Below, piece by piece: positions 20,518 through 33,778 of a stretch of DNA of 64,000 bases. A program made the position numbers and the translations under genes. The notes under the pieces are model-generated. The model was not told where the DNA came from and did not search any database. It worked only from the letters and a program-made list of their open reading frames with translations. Positions within the stretch are counted from its first letter, which is position 1. Every line of letters begins with the position of its first letter. Source of the stretch: Scyliorhinus canicula (lineage: Eukaryota). The DNA is taken from the NCBI RefSeq assembly GCF_902713615.1, contig NC_052171.1:8397209-8461208 (forward strand), written 5' to 3'.

Positions 20518-22224
20518 GAGATACTAAATGAATACTTTTCGTCAGTATTCACTCAAGAAAAGATAATATTGTGGAGGAGAATGCTGAGACCCAGGCTATT
20601 AGAATAGATGGCATTGAGGTGCGTAGGGAAGAAGTGTTGGCAATTCTGGACAAGGTGAAAATAGATAAGTCCCCGGGGCCGGATGGGATTTATCCTAGGA
20701 TTCTCTGGGAAGCCAGGGAAGAGATTGCTGAGCCTTTGGCTTTGATTTTTAGGTCATCATTGGCTACAGGAATAGTGCCAGAGGACTGGAGGATAGCAAA
20801 TGTGGTCCCTTTGTTCAAGAAGGGGAGTAGAGATAACCCCGGTAACTATAGGCCGGTGAGCCTAACGTCTGTGGTGGGTAAAGTCTTGGAGAGGATTATA
20901 AAAGATACGATTTATAATCATCTAGATAGGAATAATATGATTAGGGATAGTCAGCATGGTTTTGTGAAGGGTAGGTCATGCCTCACAAACCTTATCGAGT
21001 TCTTTGAGAAGGTGACTGAACAGGTAGACGAGGGTAGAGCAGTTGATGTGGTGTATATGGATTTCAGTAAAGCGTTTGATAAGGTTCCCCACGGTCGGCT
21101 ATTGCAGAAAATACGGAGGCTGGGGATTGAGGGTGATTTAGAGATGTGGATCAGAAATTGGCTAGTTGAAAGAAGACAGAGAGTGGTAGTTGATGGGAAA
21201 TGTTCAGAATGGAGTTCAGTTACGAGTGGCGTACCACAAGGATCTGTTCTGGGGCCGTTGCTGTTTGTCATTTTTATAAATGACCTAGAGGAGGGCGCAG
21301 AAGGATGGGTGAGTAAATTTGCAGACGACACTAAAGTCGGTGGAGTTGTAGACAGTGCGGAAGGATGTTGCAGGTTACAGAGGGACATAGATAAGCTGCA
21401 GAGCTGGGCTGAGAGGTGGCAAATGGAGTTTAATGTGGAGAAGTGTGAGGTGATTCACTTTGGAAAGAATAACAGGAATGCGGAATATTTGGCTAATGGT
21501 AAAATTCTTGGTAGTGTGGATGAGCAGAGGGATCTCGGTGTCCATATACATAGATCCCTGAAAGTTGCCACCCAGGTTGATAGAGTTGTGAAGAAGGCCT
21601 ATGGTGTGTTGGCCTTTATTGGTAGAGGGATTGAGTTCCGGAGCCATGAGGTCATGATGCAGCTGTACCAAACTCTGGTACGGCCGCATTTGGAGTATTG
21701 CGTACAGTTCTGGTCGCCTCATTATAGGAAGGACGTGGAAGCTTTGGAACGGGTGCAGAGGAGATTTACCAGGATGTTGCCTGGTATGGAGGGAAAATCT
21801 TATGAGGAAAGGCTGATGGACTTGAGGTTGTTTTCGTTAGAGAGAAGAAGGTTAAGAGGTGACTTAATAGAGGCATACAAAATGATCAGAGGGTTAGATA
21901 GGGTGGACAGCGAGAGCCTTCTCCCGCGGATGGAGGTGGCTAGCACGAGGGGACATAGCCTTAAATTGAGGGGTAATAGATATAGGACAGAGGTCAGAGG
22001 TGGGTTTTTTACGCAAAGAGTGGTGAGGCCGTGGAATGCCCTACCTGCAACAGTAGTGAACTCGCCAACATTGAGGGCATTTAAAAATTTATTGGATAAG
22101 CATAGGGATGATAAGGGCATAGTGTAGGTTAGATGGCCTTTAGTTTTTTTTTTCCATGTCGGTGCAACATCGAGGGCCGAAGGGCCTGTACTGCGCTGTA
22201 TCGTTCTATGTTCTATGTTCTATG
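20518..22224 (+). mobile_element. 5'-truncated CR1 (HER1-type) LINE with uninterrupted RT ORF
   Basis: 518-aa ORF 20571-22127 with KSPGPDG, NYRPVSLTS, SQHGF, DFSKAFDKVPH, GVPQGSVLGP, KFADDTK; 3' tail ends in (TTCTATG)n. Confidence 0.95.
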
Positions 22225-22579
22225 AAGTTCCGCGGTTCAATATCCAGCCTGTGTTGTCTTACTGATTGCTCCGAGTCCTTTTCCTCATCATTTTCTCATG
22301 TCCCTCAGTGAGAAATGCAGATGTAAACATCAGGGCTCAGCTGTAATGTCCCACTCAACTGTCCATCAAATAGTCTGCAGTCATGAAGAATGCCCACTTG
22401 AGCAGGGCACCACAAGTCTACTACCTCCGCACCCGTGGCGATGTGCCCAGTGCCTGAAAACACCCTCTGGGGGTGGGGTAGAAATATTGAGCTAACTAAT
22501 CTCATTTGTGCCAAATTATTGATTGTGTTCAGTAGAATGGTGTCTGTTTCATTAACATCCTGCTGTGTGTTAACTGCAG

Positions 22580-22674
22580 GAGTGCCGGGTGAACCACTGC
22601 CTGTGGAAAGTGAAAAGGACATCTTCGAATACATCGGCTGGCATTATCGAGAGCCACGAGAGCGAAGTGAGTGA
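22580..22674 (+). CDS. polb: DNA polymerase beta, last coding exon (95 bp including stop)
   Basis: Acceptor ctgcAG at 22578-22579. Phase matches the upstream exon (G+GA=Gly). Translates [31 protein letters not shown], the Pol beta C-terminus. Confidence 0.97.
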
Positions 22675-22898
22675 GTGTCACCTGAGGCCTCCCCCCAGAA
22701 CCTCTTAACCCAAGACCTATTCTGAAATTCCATGGGAGTGACAATGCTGATAAGCGTAGCGCTAGTTGAAACATTCATAAGGGTTTCTCAATTGCTTGCT
22801 AACGAACTTTGTATATGCATGGACGGCTAGTATATTATGCATGAAGTTAGAATTGTCGAGAAAATCAGCTTTTCTATAAAGGTCTGTGGAGTAATATC

Positions 22899-22947
22899 AA
22901 TAAACCACTTTGAAGACTGATTGATGTTACATTTAATAATGAATAAA
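22899..22947 (+). terminator. Candidate polb polyadenylation signals
   Basis: AATAAA at 22899-22904 and 22942-22947, 225-270 bp after the stop, in AT-rich sequence. Confidence 0.55.
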
Positions 22948-25900
22948 AAATAGAATATTAAATACAAAATATTACACACGATTCATCAATACTGTTTGTA
23001 AAACGAGCAAGACCAAAGAGACGTGGATGAAAAGGTCAGCTGACCCTCAACAACACAAACTACAACAATTCGACTTTTTCCACGGTTAAACTAATCATTT
23101 CCAAACATTTTTTGGCTTGTTTAATAAATGTGTAAATACAGTATATGAATTATGCGTTTTGGAACTCATTGCAAAGTCAACAGGGGACGCCACAAATCTT
23201 AGCTCACATTTTGCCAGCTTTATATATACAACGATCAAACTTCACAAGCATTTACTACTCAGTGGCTGTGAATGATATTCGTAGCTCCTGTATATATGGC
23301 AGGCAGTGAACACACAGAGGGAAGCACTACATTCTCACCTGGTTTCTCCCTGGCAATATATGAGGCACAAGTTATGATTGCTGCAAGTTGCCTGCAACAG
23401 TACATGGGACACAACTTCCATACAATTGGTGCAAACACCATTCTCCGCCGTCGGGAGTCTCCATTTTGTCGACAGCCCGTGGGGAATGCTGACAAAATGG
23501 CAAACCCCATTGACCAGCCGGTGAAATGGAAAAACCCGCCCCTTGCATCTCATTTGTAAAGTAGTGTGGCATCTCTTCAACTGCAGTGAGCTGTGTCTCG
23601 GATCATTAGTTGACTTGTCATGTTTCTTAAAATATAGCGGCCATTGTATTGGTGAGTTAAACGTTGGGCAAGAAATGTGGTGCAGAATTGCAGGCTCGTT
23701 TTCAGAATACGCAGGAAGTTTTGATCTGCTGCACATATTCTGCATATTCCAATGCATGGAATGGACGATTGAGTACTGAAAGGTTATAAAGGTACGTTAT
23801 TGTTCTCTTATTAGAATAAAAAAATTGGGTCTCACCCCCCACAACCCAACGATGTTCAGGGTCGGTAGATTGGCCACACTGAATTGCCTCTTGATTGGCA
23901 AAAAATGAATTGGGTACTCTAAATTTATTGTTCAAAATAAATAAATAAATAAATTGCCACTCAATTGGAAAAAAAAAATAATTGAGTACTCTAAATTTAT
24001 TTTCATAACTCGCAAAAGACTTTCAAACATGATACTTATTGTATTGGAGCAACATGTCACTGGGATTTGAAGGAGAACTCCATTTTGGAGCTGCCAATTC
24101 TCTCAACTAACTGCCAATTTTCATAATCCACCAGAAACTAACCATAGTAATGGTAAAGGGCAAAATAAGCTTTGTGACAGGAGAGGGACCTCAATTTTAA
24201 TTAAATCTGAGGAGAATAATTGGCAATTTTGGCGTTTGGGTGAAAAACCCCAGTAATCTTCGAGGTTGTTAATTAACTGATCGTTGTTCTGGTTTAAGGA
24301 GTTGTTTGTGAACACTTCTGTAAGGTTTGCCAATCTGGCGAGCTAGTAATCCAATTATTTACTAGTATCTTTTAAGTGTTCACTCATTTTAACTCATTTA
24401 TAATATACACAGAAGCTTGTGCATATGAATCCAGCCTTTCTCAAAACACTTCAGAAAATATTGTGAAGATCATCTATTAGGGGACTGTCCTTCACTACAG
24501 GAGATTGCTGCAAGACTTCCTTGAAATGGGTGTTAAACTGTAGCTGTACGAGTTTGAAGTGCAGAATTCTTGGTTACATGCCATACAACATTGGCACTGA
24601 CCTGATGTATGACTATGGATAGATCCTGCCCAGCGTGGCAGGAGATAGATTAGAAATGGGACAAGCTATTCTGCAATTTGTTGAGATGTTTGCTCTTTTC
24701 AATCCATGACCATTACCTGCTGATTCACTCAGAATCCAGGACTACCACTGAGCTCCATTTGCTTTGGTGGAAGGTGCATTAAAAATGTATTCTTTCGTGG
24801 CAAGTGAGCATCACTGGCAAGGCCAACAATGCCCTTGAACTGAGCTACTTGCCAGACCATTTCAAAGGGCAGTTAAGAGTCAACCATGTTGCTCTATGTC
24901 TGGAGTCAGAAGTAGGCCAGACCAGGGAAAGATGGCGGATTACCTCCCCTAAAGGACATTAGATGAAGCACCAATTTGCCCTGGTGGGACTGAATAGCTG
25001 TACTGCATCTATTACATCTACATTTAAGGTCCTTTACCTGTGTAATATACATCTTATCATGTAACGTGTGTTACAACCATTTTCAAACATGTGTAACATC
25101 TAATAATATGCATCATTGTACAATGATAATGTTGGTGCCGCCCAAGTATTCTTACAAAAGACCGCAAATTCTTTTTGATTTTTTGTTTTTAAATAGCGTT
25201 TCACCATACTGGGCACATCAATTGCACTAAACAATAAAATCATGGAGTCTTTGTAATGCCGTCCAAACACTTATGCTTTCCTCCAGGGAGTCTATGCATA
25301 CCCAGATCTCAGTAACTAATTAGTCATATTGGAAGCTGCATTTATCCGTGAGCTTTGCCCTAAATCTTATTTTGAATAGTGGGTTATTGTAAATCAGCAC
25401 CTTGTGTAAATACATCTCCATTTGCCACTTGGGTGGGGAAGGATTGACTGCCATGGGCAGATCATGGAGGGAGGGGACGTCGGCGGGCAAAGCTTCTCAA
25501 GCAGCTCTACTGCATCTGCTTCCACCGGCTGCCTGGCGGACAATATACATGGTACAACTGAGGAGGGTGTAAAGTGAAGAAGTACTTGGACTTGAAGACC
25601 TCTCAGACGCTACAACTTCACAAGAGGCTTGGGAGAAGATCACCATGTTGGCTCAGGGCTGAAGAATGCAGCAGTAAAAAGGTGGCACAGATTTAAAGTT
25701 TGGTGTGTGAGCGAGAGACGGGATGTGAAGAAAAGGATCGGTGAATTCTTGGTAAATTATCTTAATTGTTTTTGCTGTGATGTCAGTCCGATATTGTTAA
25801 TGGAGTTTCAGCAAATTAACAAGACAATTTACACAATTTAAAGTTTTGTGGCATATTTTTCCTTGATCCAGAGCAAAGTGGATGCTAAACATTTAAAGGA

Positions 25901-26928
25901 TGGTAGTCAAACACTTGACATATGAGTCCAAAAAAGCACAGTAAAAAAAAAAATCACCCGATCTCGGTGTGCTTCACAATCTCAAAGCTTCCATAATTGT
26001 GGAAAATTTTCCAAAATAATCCTAAATTAAACTTAATTCTTTACTCACAGGGAAATTTGCACTGCTGGTTCTTTTAGTTGCTGAGATCTGGCTATGCATC
26101 CTTGAAAAACATTACAGCTTCACAGTCGAGAGAAAATAAAGAGCACTCAGTGTTACAGTTGCAAAATGCAGGCCGACAATCATATGAAAGAGACAATGCT
26201 TCACTTGTCGACCCTGCACCAATTCTGTCAGAGTCCCACCTGAAACATGAATTTGGCATTTCTCAGTTCACATGTTAACTGACCTGCTGAACATTTCCAA
26301 CATTTTGTGCTGTTATTTTCACACTTTGAGCGTGTTTCAGGAATTAAAAGCAGTTTCCTGCTCCCACCTTCCCAAGCTAGGTGCCCATTGAGGCTTTCAC
26401 CTTAATAGTCTTTATTAGTGTCACAAGCAGGCTTACATTAACACCCAATGAGGTTACTGTGAAAAGCCCCTAGTCGCCACATTCCGGCACCTGTTCGGGT
26501 ACACGGGGAGAATTCAGAATGTCCAATTCTCGACAGCACGTCTTTCGGGACTTGTGGGAGGAAACCGGAGCACCCGGAGGAAACTCACGTACACATGGGG
26601 AGAAGGTGCCGACTCCGCTGTTTATGATTCAGATTGCTTTCGACATACAGCTTGTGTTTGGAAGGGAGCAATGTTGAATGGTACTGCCGGACGATTTTCT
26701 GGATTCAAATGACCACCGTGTGAAACTGTCATTTACTGAAATACTGCATTGGTTGGTCCTGACCTAAACCTTGTGTTCTCTGTTACTTGTTCTTGAGACT
26801 GGGACATCATCATTGTACATCAAATACTTAATTTGACACAATCAGCTAACATTTCTTCCACCATGCTACACTTTACAGAGCTTGTTTTAATACCTTTTGT
26901 GTCCATTTTGATGCATGGGGTGCTGCAT

Positions 26929-26934
26929 TTTATT
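26929..26934 (-). terminator. Candidate dkk4 polyadenylation signal
   Basis: TTTATT on + (AATAAA on -) about 105 bp past the stop codon. Confidence 0.4.
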
Positions 26935-27038
26935 TTTTTTTAAATTGAATTTACTTTAACTGGTGCAAAAGCTGATCCTAGTAATTTGTGATGTAATCAA
27001 ACAGAGTTCAGACTGGGGGGGGGGGGGGGGGTCTCTCC

Positions 27039-27292
27039 CTAGACACGTTGGCAGACCCGTAGCCTGGAGTTGCTTTGCGACCTGCCTTGGTTTTGGTTAC
27101 GGCAGGCTAATCCCGGGCCACAGTCGCATCGCTGGAAGATCTCTGGCCCCTGTGGGCCTTCCTTGCGACCCCGTTTCGAGCAAACCTGCCCGTCTTTCAG
27201 CACAGGCCGACAAATCTTCGACCAGAAGTGACGAGCACAGCAGAATCCAGCAGAACAGTCTGATGTTCGCAGGCAGGTCTCTCCTTCCAATG
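27039..27292 (-). CDS. dkk4: Dickkopf-4 exon 4 (cysteine-rich domain 2, colipase fold), 254 bp including stop
   Basis: Acceptor gttgcAG at 27294-27293. Encodes [84 protein letters not shown], with 10 cysteines and the ARHFWSKIC and EIFQRC motifs. The four exons sum to 690 bp (229 aa plus stop). Confidence 0.96.
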
Positions 27293-27589
27293 CTGCAACA
27301 TATAAGAGAGTATTTCTTATCAGTATATGGAACAAATATGGAGCAGGTCATGGGAAAGAATTTCCCCTTCCACCTGCCCCAGACAGTGTGCAGTTCATGT
27401 ATCAATCAATGCCAGCTATCTGTACAGTACACTGACAGAAAAAAGGAATTATTCCGTTTGGAAATCGTATTATGGTTTAGTTTATGTCAACTCCTGAACA
27501 CAAAGTACATACCAAGTGAAATAGAACAGTTCACTGTTAACTCATTTATCAAGCTTTATGTTTCCAGTGTCAGCTACTGAAACTTTACC

Positions 27590-27892
27590 GTAATAATCTT
27601 TATTGTTACAAGTAGGCTTATATTAACACTGCAATGAAGTTACTGTGAAAACCCCTAGTCGCCACACTCGGGCACCTGTTCGGGTACACAGAGGGAGAAT
27701 TCAGAATGTCCAATTCACCTAACAGCACATCTTTCGGGACTTATGGGAGGAAACCGGAGCACCCGGAGGAAACCCACGCAGACACGGGGAGAACGTGCAG
27801 ACTCCGCACAGACAATGACCCAAGCCGGGAATCGGACCTGGGACCCTGGCGCTGTGAAGCAACAGTGCCAACCACTGTGCTACTGTGCCGTC
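27590..27892 (-). mobile_element. SINE with alternative tail (tggcgactagggttttcacagtaacttcattgcagtgttaat...aataaag)
   Basis: Same head and core as HE1 type but a different 3' module. Same type at 26410-26620, 42436-42722, 43698-43996, 45095-45300 (-) and 50752-51066 (+). Confidence 0.88.
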
Positions 27893-28201
27893 CAATACTC
27901 CCTCTGACGACAAAGGATCTCACTGCACTTTTTTTCTGAGCATACATCAAGCCACCAGTCATCTATCTCACTGAAGTTCATTTTGTTATTTTACATTGCA
28001 CCATGAACAAGGTAGAATATCTTCAAATCCTCCCAAATGACACTCTCAATAGTTCACGGCCCCTTTTAACTTATCCAAATGAATTTCACTTACATTTCAT
28101 CTGGCAAAGACATGTATTTTTCTATAGCTTTAGAGCATAATTTTCCAATATTAGGAAAGAAGTTGCATTTATGTAGCTCTGTTTTAATAAAAAAGCTTGG
28201 A

Positions 28202-28850
28202 AGTCCAAAGATATGTAGATTAGGTGGATTGGCCATGCTAAATTGCCCCTTAGTAACCAAAGATGGGCAGGTTAGGGGAATTGGCTGTGCTAAATTACCC
28301 CTTAGTATCCAAAGATGGGCAGGTTAGGCGGATTGGCCGTGCTAAATTACCCCTTAGTAACCAAAGATGGGCAGATTAGGGGAATTGGCCGTGCTAAATT
28401 ACCCCTTAGTAACCAAAGATGGGCAGATTAGGGGAATTGGTCGTGCTAAATTACCCCTTAGTAACCAAAGATGGGCAGGTTAGGGGAATTGGCTGTGCTA
28501 AATTACCCCTTAGTAACCAAAGATGGGCAGGTTAGGGGAATTGGCCGTGCTAAATTACCCCTTAGTAACCAAAGATGGGCAGGTTAGGGGAATTGGCTAT
28601 GCTAAATTACCCCTTAGTAACCAAAGATGGGCAGGTTAGGGGAATTGGCCGTGCTAAATTACCCCTTAGTAACCAAAGATGGGTAGGTTAGGGAAATTGG
28701 CCGTGCTAAATTACCCCTTAGTAACCAAAGATGGGTAGGTTAGGGAAATTGGCCATGCTAAGTTACCCCTTAGTAACCAAAGATGGGCAGGTTAGGCGGA
28801 TTGGCCATGTTAAATTGTCCCTTAGTGTCCAAAGATGTGTAGGTTAGGTG
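28202..28850 (+). repeat. 52-bp minisatellite expanded inside a SINE (11 units plus progenitor)
   Basis: Unit AGTAACCAAAGATGGGCAGGTTAGGGGAATTGGCCGTGCTAAATTACCCCTT starts every 52 bp from 28252 to 28772; the normal SINE 3' part resumes at 28824. Confidence 0.95.
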
Positions 28851-29894
28851 GGGTTACGGAAATGGGCCTGGGCCTCTTTCGGAGGGTCGGTGCAGACTCA
28901 ATGGGCTGAATGGCCTCCTTCTGCACTGCAGAGATTCTATGGATTCTGCCTTGTATATAAATCTTTGTCAAACTTGAGCGTGTATGTGTGTCATGGTTTA
29001 AATGCAAAGCACTCACTCGGAAGTGAGACTGACTCATTTTAGTTTGTTAATGCAGCTCACCAGCAAACCTTCATTAATTTAAATTGTTTACAATTATTTT
29101 CACTTTCGTAGAAATTTCACTCCGTATGTTTCCCCATGTTAACACCGAGAAATGGCATTGTCAGCCTGCCCCGCTGTTTATTCCAGTGAGATTGGAAATA
29201 AATACTTCAGGAATGTGCTGGCAGTACCCAGGAGAGGACATCTTCACAAACGCATTAGCAACATCACAGAGGAATTATTTTCTTGAGGTTAGGTCATTCT
29301 AGAACTGGTCTATGAGACATGCTTGCAACATCTGCTATAGCAGGTAAATAGCCTGGGAACGACCCTACAGTGAAAATGAAGACTCCACGATTAAATATTG
29401 CACGATGAAAAGGTAAGAACATTGTACTCGTATCTCTGTGGTGATTTTTGTATTTTAAACTTCTCAAGCAGCAGCAATTTGTTTGACCCTAACTGTGACC
29501 AGAGAAAGGGCGGCATGGGTGGCGCAGTGGTTAGCACCGCTGCCTCATGGCGTCAAGGACCCGGGTTCGATCCTGGACCCGGGTCACTGTCCATGTGGAG
29601 TTTGCACATTCTCCCCGTGTCTGCGTGGGTCTCACCCCCACAACCCAAAGATGTGCAGGGTAGGTGGATTGGCCGCGCTAAATTGCCCCTTAATTGGAAA
29701 AAAAAGAATTGGGCACTTTAAATTTATTTTTTAAAAACTATGATCGTAGATGCACTACTGCAAAATTGACATGTCGGTAGATTGAGGAGTAGATACGAGA
29801 GGTTTCAGTAACCTGAGGTTAATTCTATTTTAGCAGAATTGCATGTTTGACCTACAAATCAGTGTTACATATGAGAAATGAAAAAATGAAATTA

Positions 29895-30318
29895 AAATTG
29901 CTTGTTGTCACGAGTAGGCTTCAATGAAGTTACTGTGAAAAGCCCCTAGTCGCCACATTCCGGCGCCTGTCCGGGGAGGCTAGTACGGGAATTGAACCGT
30001 GCTGCTGGCCTGCTTGGTCTGCTTTAAAACCCAGCGATTTAGCTCAGTGAGCTAAACCAGCCCCTATTAAAGAGTCTTGCCTATCATCACCCTCTAGGTC
30101 AAAAATATGTTTCTTCATCGCCTCTCTCCTCCTTCTAGCACTTATTTTTAATTATGGGCTGGTTTAGCTCAGTGGGCTAGACAGCTGGTTTGTAATGCAG
30201 AACAAGGCCAGCAGCGCGGGTTCAATTCCCGTACCTGCTTACCCGAACAGGCGCCGGAATGTGGCGACTCAGGGCTTTTCACAGTAACTTCATACTTGTG
30301 ACAATAAAAGATTATCAT
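29895..30318. mobile_element. Two short tRNA-head SINEs head to head (29895-30065 on -, 30156-30318 on +)
   Basis: ggggctggtttagctcagtgggcta head, gttcaattccc B box, tggcgactaggggcttttcacagtaac tail. Same type at 47410-47580, 54501-54688, 59467-59645. Confidence 0.88.
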
Positions 30319-31564
30319 CATCTATGCCTCCTGGTTATTGACCTCTCTGCTAAGTGAAATACAATTTCCTTATTCACTCTATCTATGCCCTTCATTGTAC
30401 ACCTCAATTCATTCTCCATCAGCCTCTTCTGTTCCAAAGATAAGAACCCCAGTCTAACCAATCATACCTCAAGCTGTGCTCTAACTAGTGATGTATATAA
30501 ATCCAGTAAAACCTCCCTGCTCTTATAATCTGTTGCAGCCAAGAAATAAATACACTGCCAAGTGCTAACCACAGGAGTAATGATCTTTTAATTATTCAGT
30601 CAACCCACGCTAGATTCAAGCCCAATGAACATTGTCACAGAGCAATGATCTAACTGGGAATTTATATGAAAGAAATGTTTTGCCAACCTCTCTAATTGAG
30701 GAAATTAACCAACTTTTGTTTGACTTAGAGATATGAACAATTTGGGTCTAAACTATTCAGAGCTCCCAACAAATCACAGATTCTATCTGCGTGGAGTTAA
30801 TGTCCACTTGGGGCTACAATTAGCCTGAATGCTTGCGCACTAGGGAGCAAAAAAACCAAGGTTCTCAACAACGGTCACGATCCAGAATTTAGCATAGAGT
30901 GAGAATAGGATCCGACTCAGCTGTTGGAACATCCTGCTGGCATTCAAATGGGCATATGGATGAATACCAGATGCCAATTGTTGATCATGCAACAGTGCCT
31001 CCACGGAAGACAGCGGAGTAGAGTTTCCACTGGCTCTTCCCATCTGTAGAAGATGAGAGGAAGCCCCCAGCAGAATAGCGTACGACAGGAGATTAGGAAT
31101 CTCCCTACCCCGACAGCTTTTGCCAGTGTCTTTTGGGAGACAAAGGAAGACAATTGGCCACGGTGGAGCCAACAGGAAAGCTCTCTTTTCAGAAGAACAA
31201 ATGCCTGATGCAGCCAAACTCAAACATTCCCATTTCTGGTTAAACGTACAGTGTTGATCAGGTTTGGTACTGATTGCATATCTGTAGCATGCTTTCACCC
31301 ATCCACTATACAGATCGATAAGCAACAATGAGAGCTGGGAATTGATTTTGACACTGTACAGACGTATCATCTGATTGTCCTCTCCACCAGCAGGTGGATT
31401 AAGTATACGGGCCACCAGATTTGAGTCTTTGACCATAAACCAGGCAGCAATTTATTTAGCAGGGAATAGCTAAATGGACAGTGCCCAATTCAACATTGTG
31501 TAGTCATGGTAATTTGCAAATTTTACGACCAGCTGCCTGAAAATGGTTGCCAATGTTTAAAAAA

Positions 31565-33590
31565 TGAATTTATGGGATGTGGGCATTGCTGGCTAGACCA
31601 ACGTTGATTGCCCATCCCTAGTTGCCCTTGCAAAGGTGGTGGTGAGCCATTTTCTTGAGTCGCTGCAGGACGTGTGGTATAGATTCACCCACTGTGCTGT
31701 TAGGGAGGGAGTTCCAGGATTTTGGCCCAGAGACAGTGAAGGAACGGCCGATATATTTCCAAGTCGGGGTGGTGAGTGACTTGGAGGGGAACCTCCAGGT
31801 GGGGGGTTCACAGGTATCTGCTGCCCACAACAGTAGTAGCCATGGGTTTGGAAGGTGCTGCCTCAGGAGCCTTGGTGAGTTGCTGCAGTGCGTTTTGTAG
31901 ATGGTACACTCGGCTGTCTCTGTGCATCGGTGGTGGAGGGCGTGAACGTTTGTGGTACGGGTATTGAACAAGCGGGGCTGCTTTGTCCTGGATGGTGTCA
32001 AGCTTTTGAATGTTTTTGGAGCTGCAGTCATCCAGGCAAGTGGAGAGTATTCCATTTCCCCGAACAGGCGCCGGAATGTGGCAAACTAGGGGCTTTTCAC
32101 AGTAACTTAAATGAAGCCTACCTGTGACAATAATCGATTATTATTATTATACACTCCTGACTTGTGTCTTGTAGATGTTGGGACAGGGTTTTGGGAGTCA
32201 GGAGGTGAGTTACTTGCCACATGATTCCTCACCTTTGACCTGCTCCTGTAGCCAAGTATTTATATGGCTGGGTCCAGTTCAGTGTCTGGTCAATGGTAAC
32301 TCCCAGAATGCTGTAGTGGGAATTCAGTTATGGTAATGCCGGTGAATGTCAAGGGGCGATGGTTAGATCCTCTCTTGTTAGAGACGGTTATTGCCTGGCA
32401 CTTGCGTGATGCGAATGTTATTTGCCATTTGTCAACCCAAGCCTGGATGTTGTCCAGGTCTTGCTGCATTTGGACATGGATTGCTTCAGTGTCTGAGGAG
32501 TTGTGAATTGTGCTGAACATTGTGCAGTCATCCGTAAACATCCCCACTTCTGACCTTATGATGGAGGGAAGGTCATTGATGAAGCAGCTGAAGATGGTTG
32601 GGCCTAGGACACTACCCTGAGGAACTCCTGCAGTGATGTCCTGGAGCTGAGATTATTAACTTCGAAAAACCACAACCATCTTCCTTTGTGCCAGGTATGA
32701 CTCCAACCAGTGGAGAGTTTTCTCCCAGATTCCGATTGACTCCCATTTTGCTAAGGCTCCTTGATGTCAAGGGCAATCACTCTCACCTCACCTCTGGCAT
32801 TCAGCTCTTTTGTCCATGTTTGAATCAAGGCTGTGATGAGGTCAGGAACCAAGTGACTCTGGTGGAACCCAAAGTGAACATCCATGAGCATGTTATTGCT
32901 GAGTAAGTGCCGCTTCACAGTGCTGTTGATTACCCCTTCCACCACTTCACTGATGATTGAGGGTAGACCGATAAGGCAATTATTGGCCAGGTTGGACCTG
33001 TCCTGTTCCTTTGTACAGGGCACACCTGGACAATTTTCCACTTTGCCATGTAGATGTCAGTGTTGTAGGTGTACTGGAACAGCTTGACTAGGGGTGCAGC
33101 ACATTCTGGAGCACAAGTCTTCAGTACTATTGATGGAATATTGTCAGGGCCCATAGCCATAGCAGTATCCAGCGCCTTCAGCTGTTTCTTGATAGTGAAT
33201 TGAATTGGCTAAAGACTGACGCCTGTGACACTGGGGACCTCCGGAGAAGGTTGGAATGGATCACACACTCGGCACTTCTGGCTGAAGATTGTTGCAAATG
33301 CTTCAGCCTTCTCTTATTGATGTGCTGGGCTCTTCCACCATTGAGGATGAGGATACTAATGGAGCCTCCTCACCTAGTGGGTTGTTTAATTGTCCACCAC
33401 CATTCACATCTGGATGTGGCAGGGCTGCGGAGCTTCGATCTGATCCGTTGGTTGTGTGACTGCATTGCCCTGTCTATTACTTGCTGCTTATGCTGTTTGG
33501 CATGCAAATAGTCACCAGGTTGACCCCTCACTTTTAGGTCTGCCTGATGTTGATCCTGGCATGCCTTCCTGCGCTTTTCATTGGACTTCT
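31565..33590 (-). mobile_element. CR1/L2-group LINE (second family), decayed
   Basis: AMGPDNIPSIVLKTCAPE, MFTDDCTMFS (degenerate FADD), MEYSPLAWM, SWNSLPNSTVG. Confidence 0.8.
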
Positions 33591-33778
33591 TGAATCACCT
33601 GGACCGTTTGTTCACTGACAACTAGTCCAAGCAACCAGTTAAACCCTAAGTCACAGGCTACTGACCACAGAGATGTGAGGCAGTCATTGACTTTGTCCCC
33701 GCTCACAGACCTCAGACTTTGCTGTCAATCAGCCTCATCACCCCAGGCTGGCTCCCTTCTTTAATATATTTTGAGATC

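Noticed and set aside
28202-28850. 52-bp and 69-bp arrays as CRISPR-like arrays
   Set aside because: Units are contiguous with no unique spacers, there are no cas genes, and the context is a vertebrate genome.
30156-30240. tRNA genes at short SINE heads (also 47410, 54501, 59467)
   Set aside because: A/B boxes and a Lys-like anticodon loop are present in some copies, but the loops vary, no acceptor stem closes, and each continues into a retroposon tail.
31387-31398. CTCF-like CCAGCAGGTGGA
   Set aside because: A single imperfect motif with no supporting context.
30840-31436. 198-aa ORF in dkk4 intron 3
   Set aside because: No recognisable domain, non-ATG start, no compatible splice context; most likely a chance ORF.
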